A DNA stretch of 64,000 bases from the NCBI GenBank assembly GCA_024704765.1, contig JAKMXF010000315.1:214687-278686 (forward strand), read 5' to 3'. The notes under the pieces are model-generated. The model saw nothing but the letters and a program-made list of their open reading frames with translations, searched no databases and had not been told where the DNA came from. Source of the stretch: Oopsacas minuta (lineage: Eukaryota > Animalia > Porifera). The stretch's first letter is position 1, and every line of letters starts with the position of its first letter. Shown in pieces: positions 63,019 through 64,000 of the stretch. A program made the translations under genes and the position numbers.

Positions 63019-63403
63019 CAGGGGTGGGCAAACTACGACCCGCCTGGCTTAAGTTGTTTGAGTACTTTGATTATTGATCACTGTCTTACTCTTCCTCACA
63101 CATTCGGAAATTTCATTAAACAATATTATGCTCTCATAAACAATGTTAGTTAATTATTATGTATGATTATTGTTTATTTTACAATTAACTAGTAGAGTTC
63201 TCGAATAAATTAGAACATGGAAAGTACCGTATTTATTCGAATAGTAGCCCCTATTCAAATAATCGCCCCGCCTAAGAGGGGTTATAATTAATAATGGTCC
63301 CGGCTACTATTCGAATAAATACGGTAGCCGTAGGTTAATACAGCTCGCATTAAACTTTGGAATTAGAATGCGGCCCGCGCAGAAAAAACTTCGCCCACCT
63401 CTG
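63019..63403. mobile_element. hAT-type MITE
   Basis: TIR CAGGGGTGGGCAAACT / inverted CAGAGGTGGGCGAAGT. Perfect 8-bp TSD CTCTAACT (63011-18, 63404-11). Confidence 0.9.
63227..63324. mobile_element. 98-bp pogo/Tigger-like MITE nested in the hAT MITE
   Basis: Perfect 23-bp TIR CCGTATTTATTCGAATAGTAGCC, with TA TSD. Confidence 0.85.
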
Positions 63404-64000
63404 CTCTAACTTATATATGCAAGACTTCAACATCAGTAGTTTTACATACTGGTCAATTATAGGTATTTCTAATTGTTTCATTTCTGGTTCTGAGAAGCAA
63501 TCAGGTTGACACTGACCTATCCGAAAAATTATATTTAATCAACAAACCTGAAGTTTGCTTGAAAGCATAAGGAATTAAGAATATAAGTATCCCCTGGTTT
63601 TGACCATATTGGTATATCTGATTCTATCGATTTAAATGTTTACCTTCTGATTGGCATACTTTGTCGATGTCAAATGTGATGAAGCTGATATCTTCTTTCT
63701 CAAGATTTTAGTTTTTTGGGTATATATTACACAGGTCAACAAAATTTAACTTCATTTTCTCATCAAGTATTAGATTGACATTTTCTAGCTAGTTTGTTAT
63801 GCTGAATTCAAATCTGCTTTCAGATTATCTCCAGCACGTCCAGTTTTTTTTTCCATCTACAAGTCAACGATTTTTATGTATTTCCTAAATTTTTCCTGTT
63901 ATTTTATGGTAGTGGCTGTCTTTTTGTCTTCTTACATGATAGCCATCTGAAATAAATCAACGTTTCGATGTTTTAGGTTAATGCCAAGATAATATCAGTT

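Noticed and set aside
1-64000. CRISPR arrays, rRNA, tRNA or snRNA genes
   Set aside because: No regularly spaced direct repeats and no recognisable structural-RNA sequence were seen. A B-box-like word near 35885-35905 is too weak to call a tRNA or SINE.
63410-64000. Minus-strand coding remnant (TGRAG helicase-like word)
   Set aside because: Many stops in all frames and only one short motif; it is truncated by the window edge.

Overview
AT-rich eukaryotic (animal-like) genomic DNA that is almost entirely transposon-derived. The repeat families suggest an invertebrate or non-bilaterian such as a sponge or cnidarian, but this cannot be confirmed from the sequence alone. The only host gene recognised is proteasome subunit beta type-4 (PSMB4/beta7). 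Its last two exons (20037-20296, 27962-28249) are separated by a 7.7-kb intron, and its upstream exon(s) were not found. Elements delimited by TIR/LTR and TSD are: a Chapaev element (8101-10852); a RAG1-like/Transib transposon with CACAGTG ends and a 5-bp TSD (13792-17116); Buster/SPIN-type hATs; Tc1/mariner elements of the DD37D, DD34D and DD37E types; a Merlin element with 594-bp TIRs and an intact ORF (48478-57063); and a Gypsy LTR element nested in the Merlin TIR (48661-53375). Less sharply bounded elements are a Ginger1-like integrase plus OTU element and a decayed convergent pair of a KDZ transposase gene and an Ulp1-protease/PHD gene. LINE remnants and several MITEs are also present. 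Most notable observations: (1) the Gypsy element has no tRNA primer-binding site; instead an 11-nt sequence is perfectly complementary to its own LTR, the signature of Tf1-type self-priming, in an element with no chromodomain; (2) the RAG1-like transposon has RSS-heptamer ends, asymmetric subterminal motifs and an NBD-like segment, but no RAG2; (3) the intron-containing KDZ plus Ulp1-PHD two-gene unit. All family assignments come from motif recognition by eye; no database searches were run.
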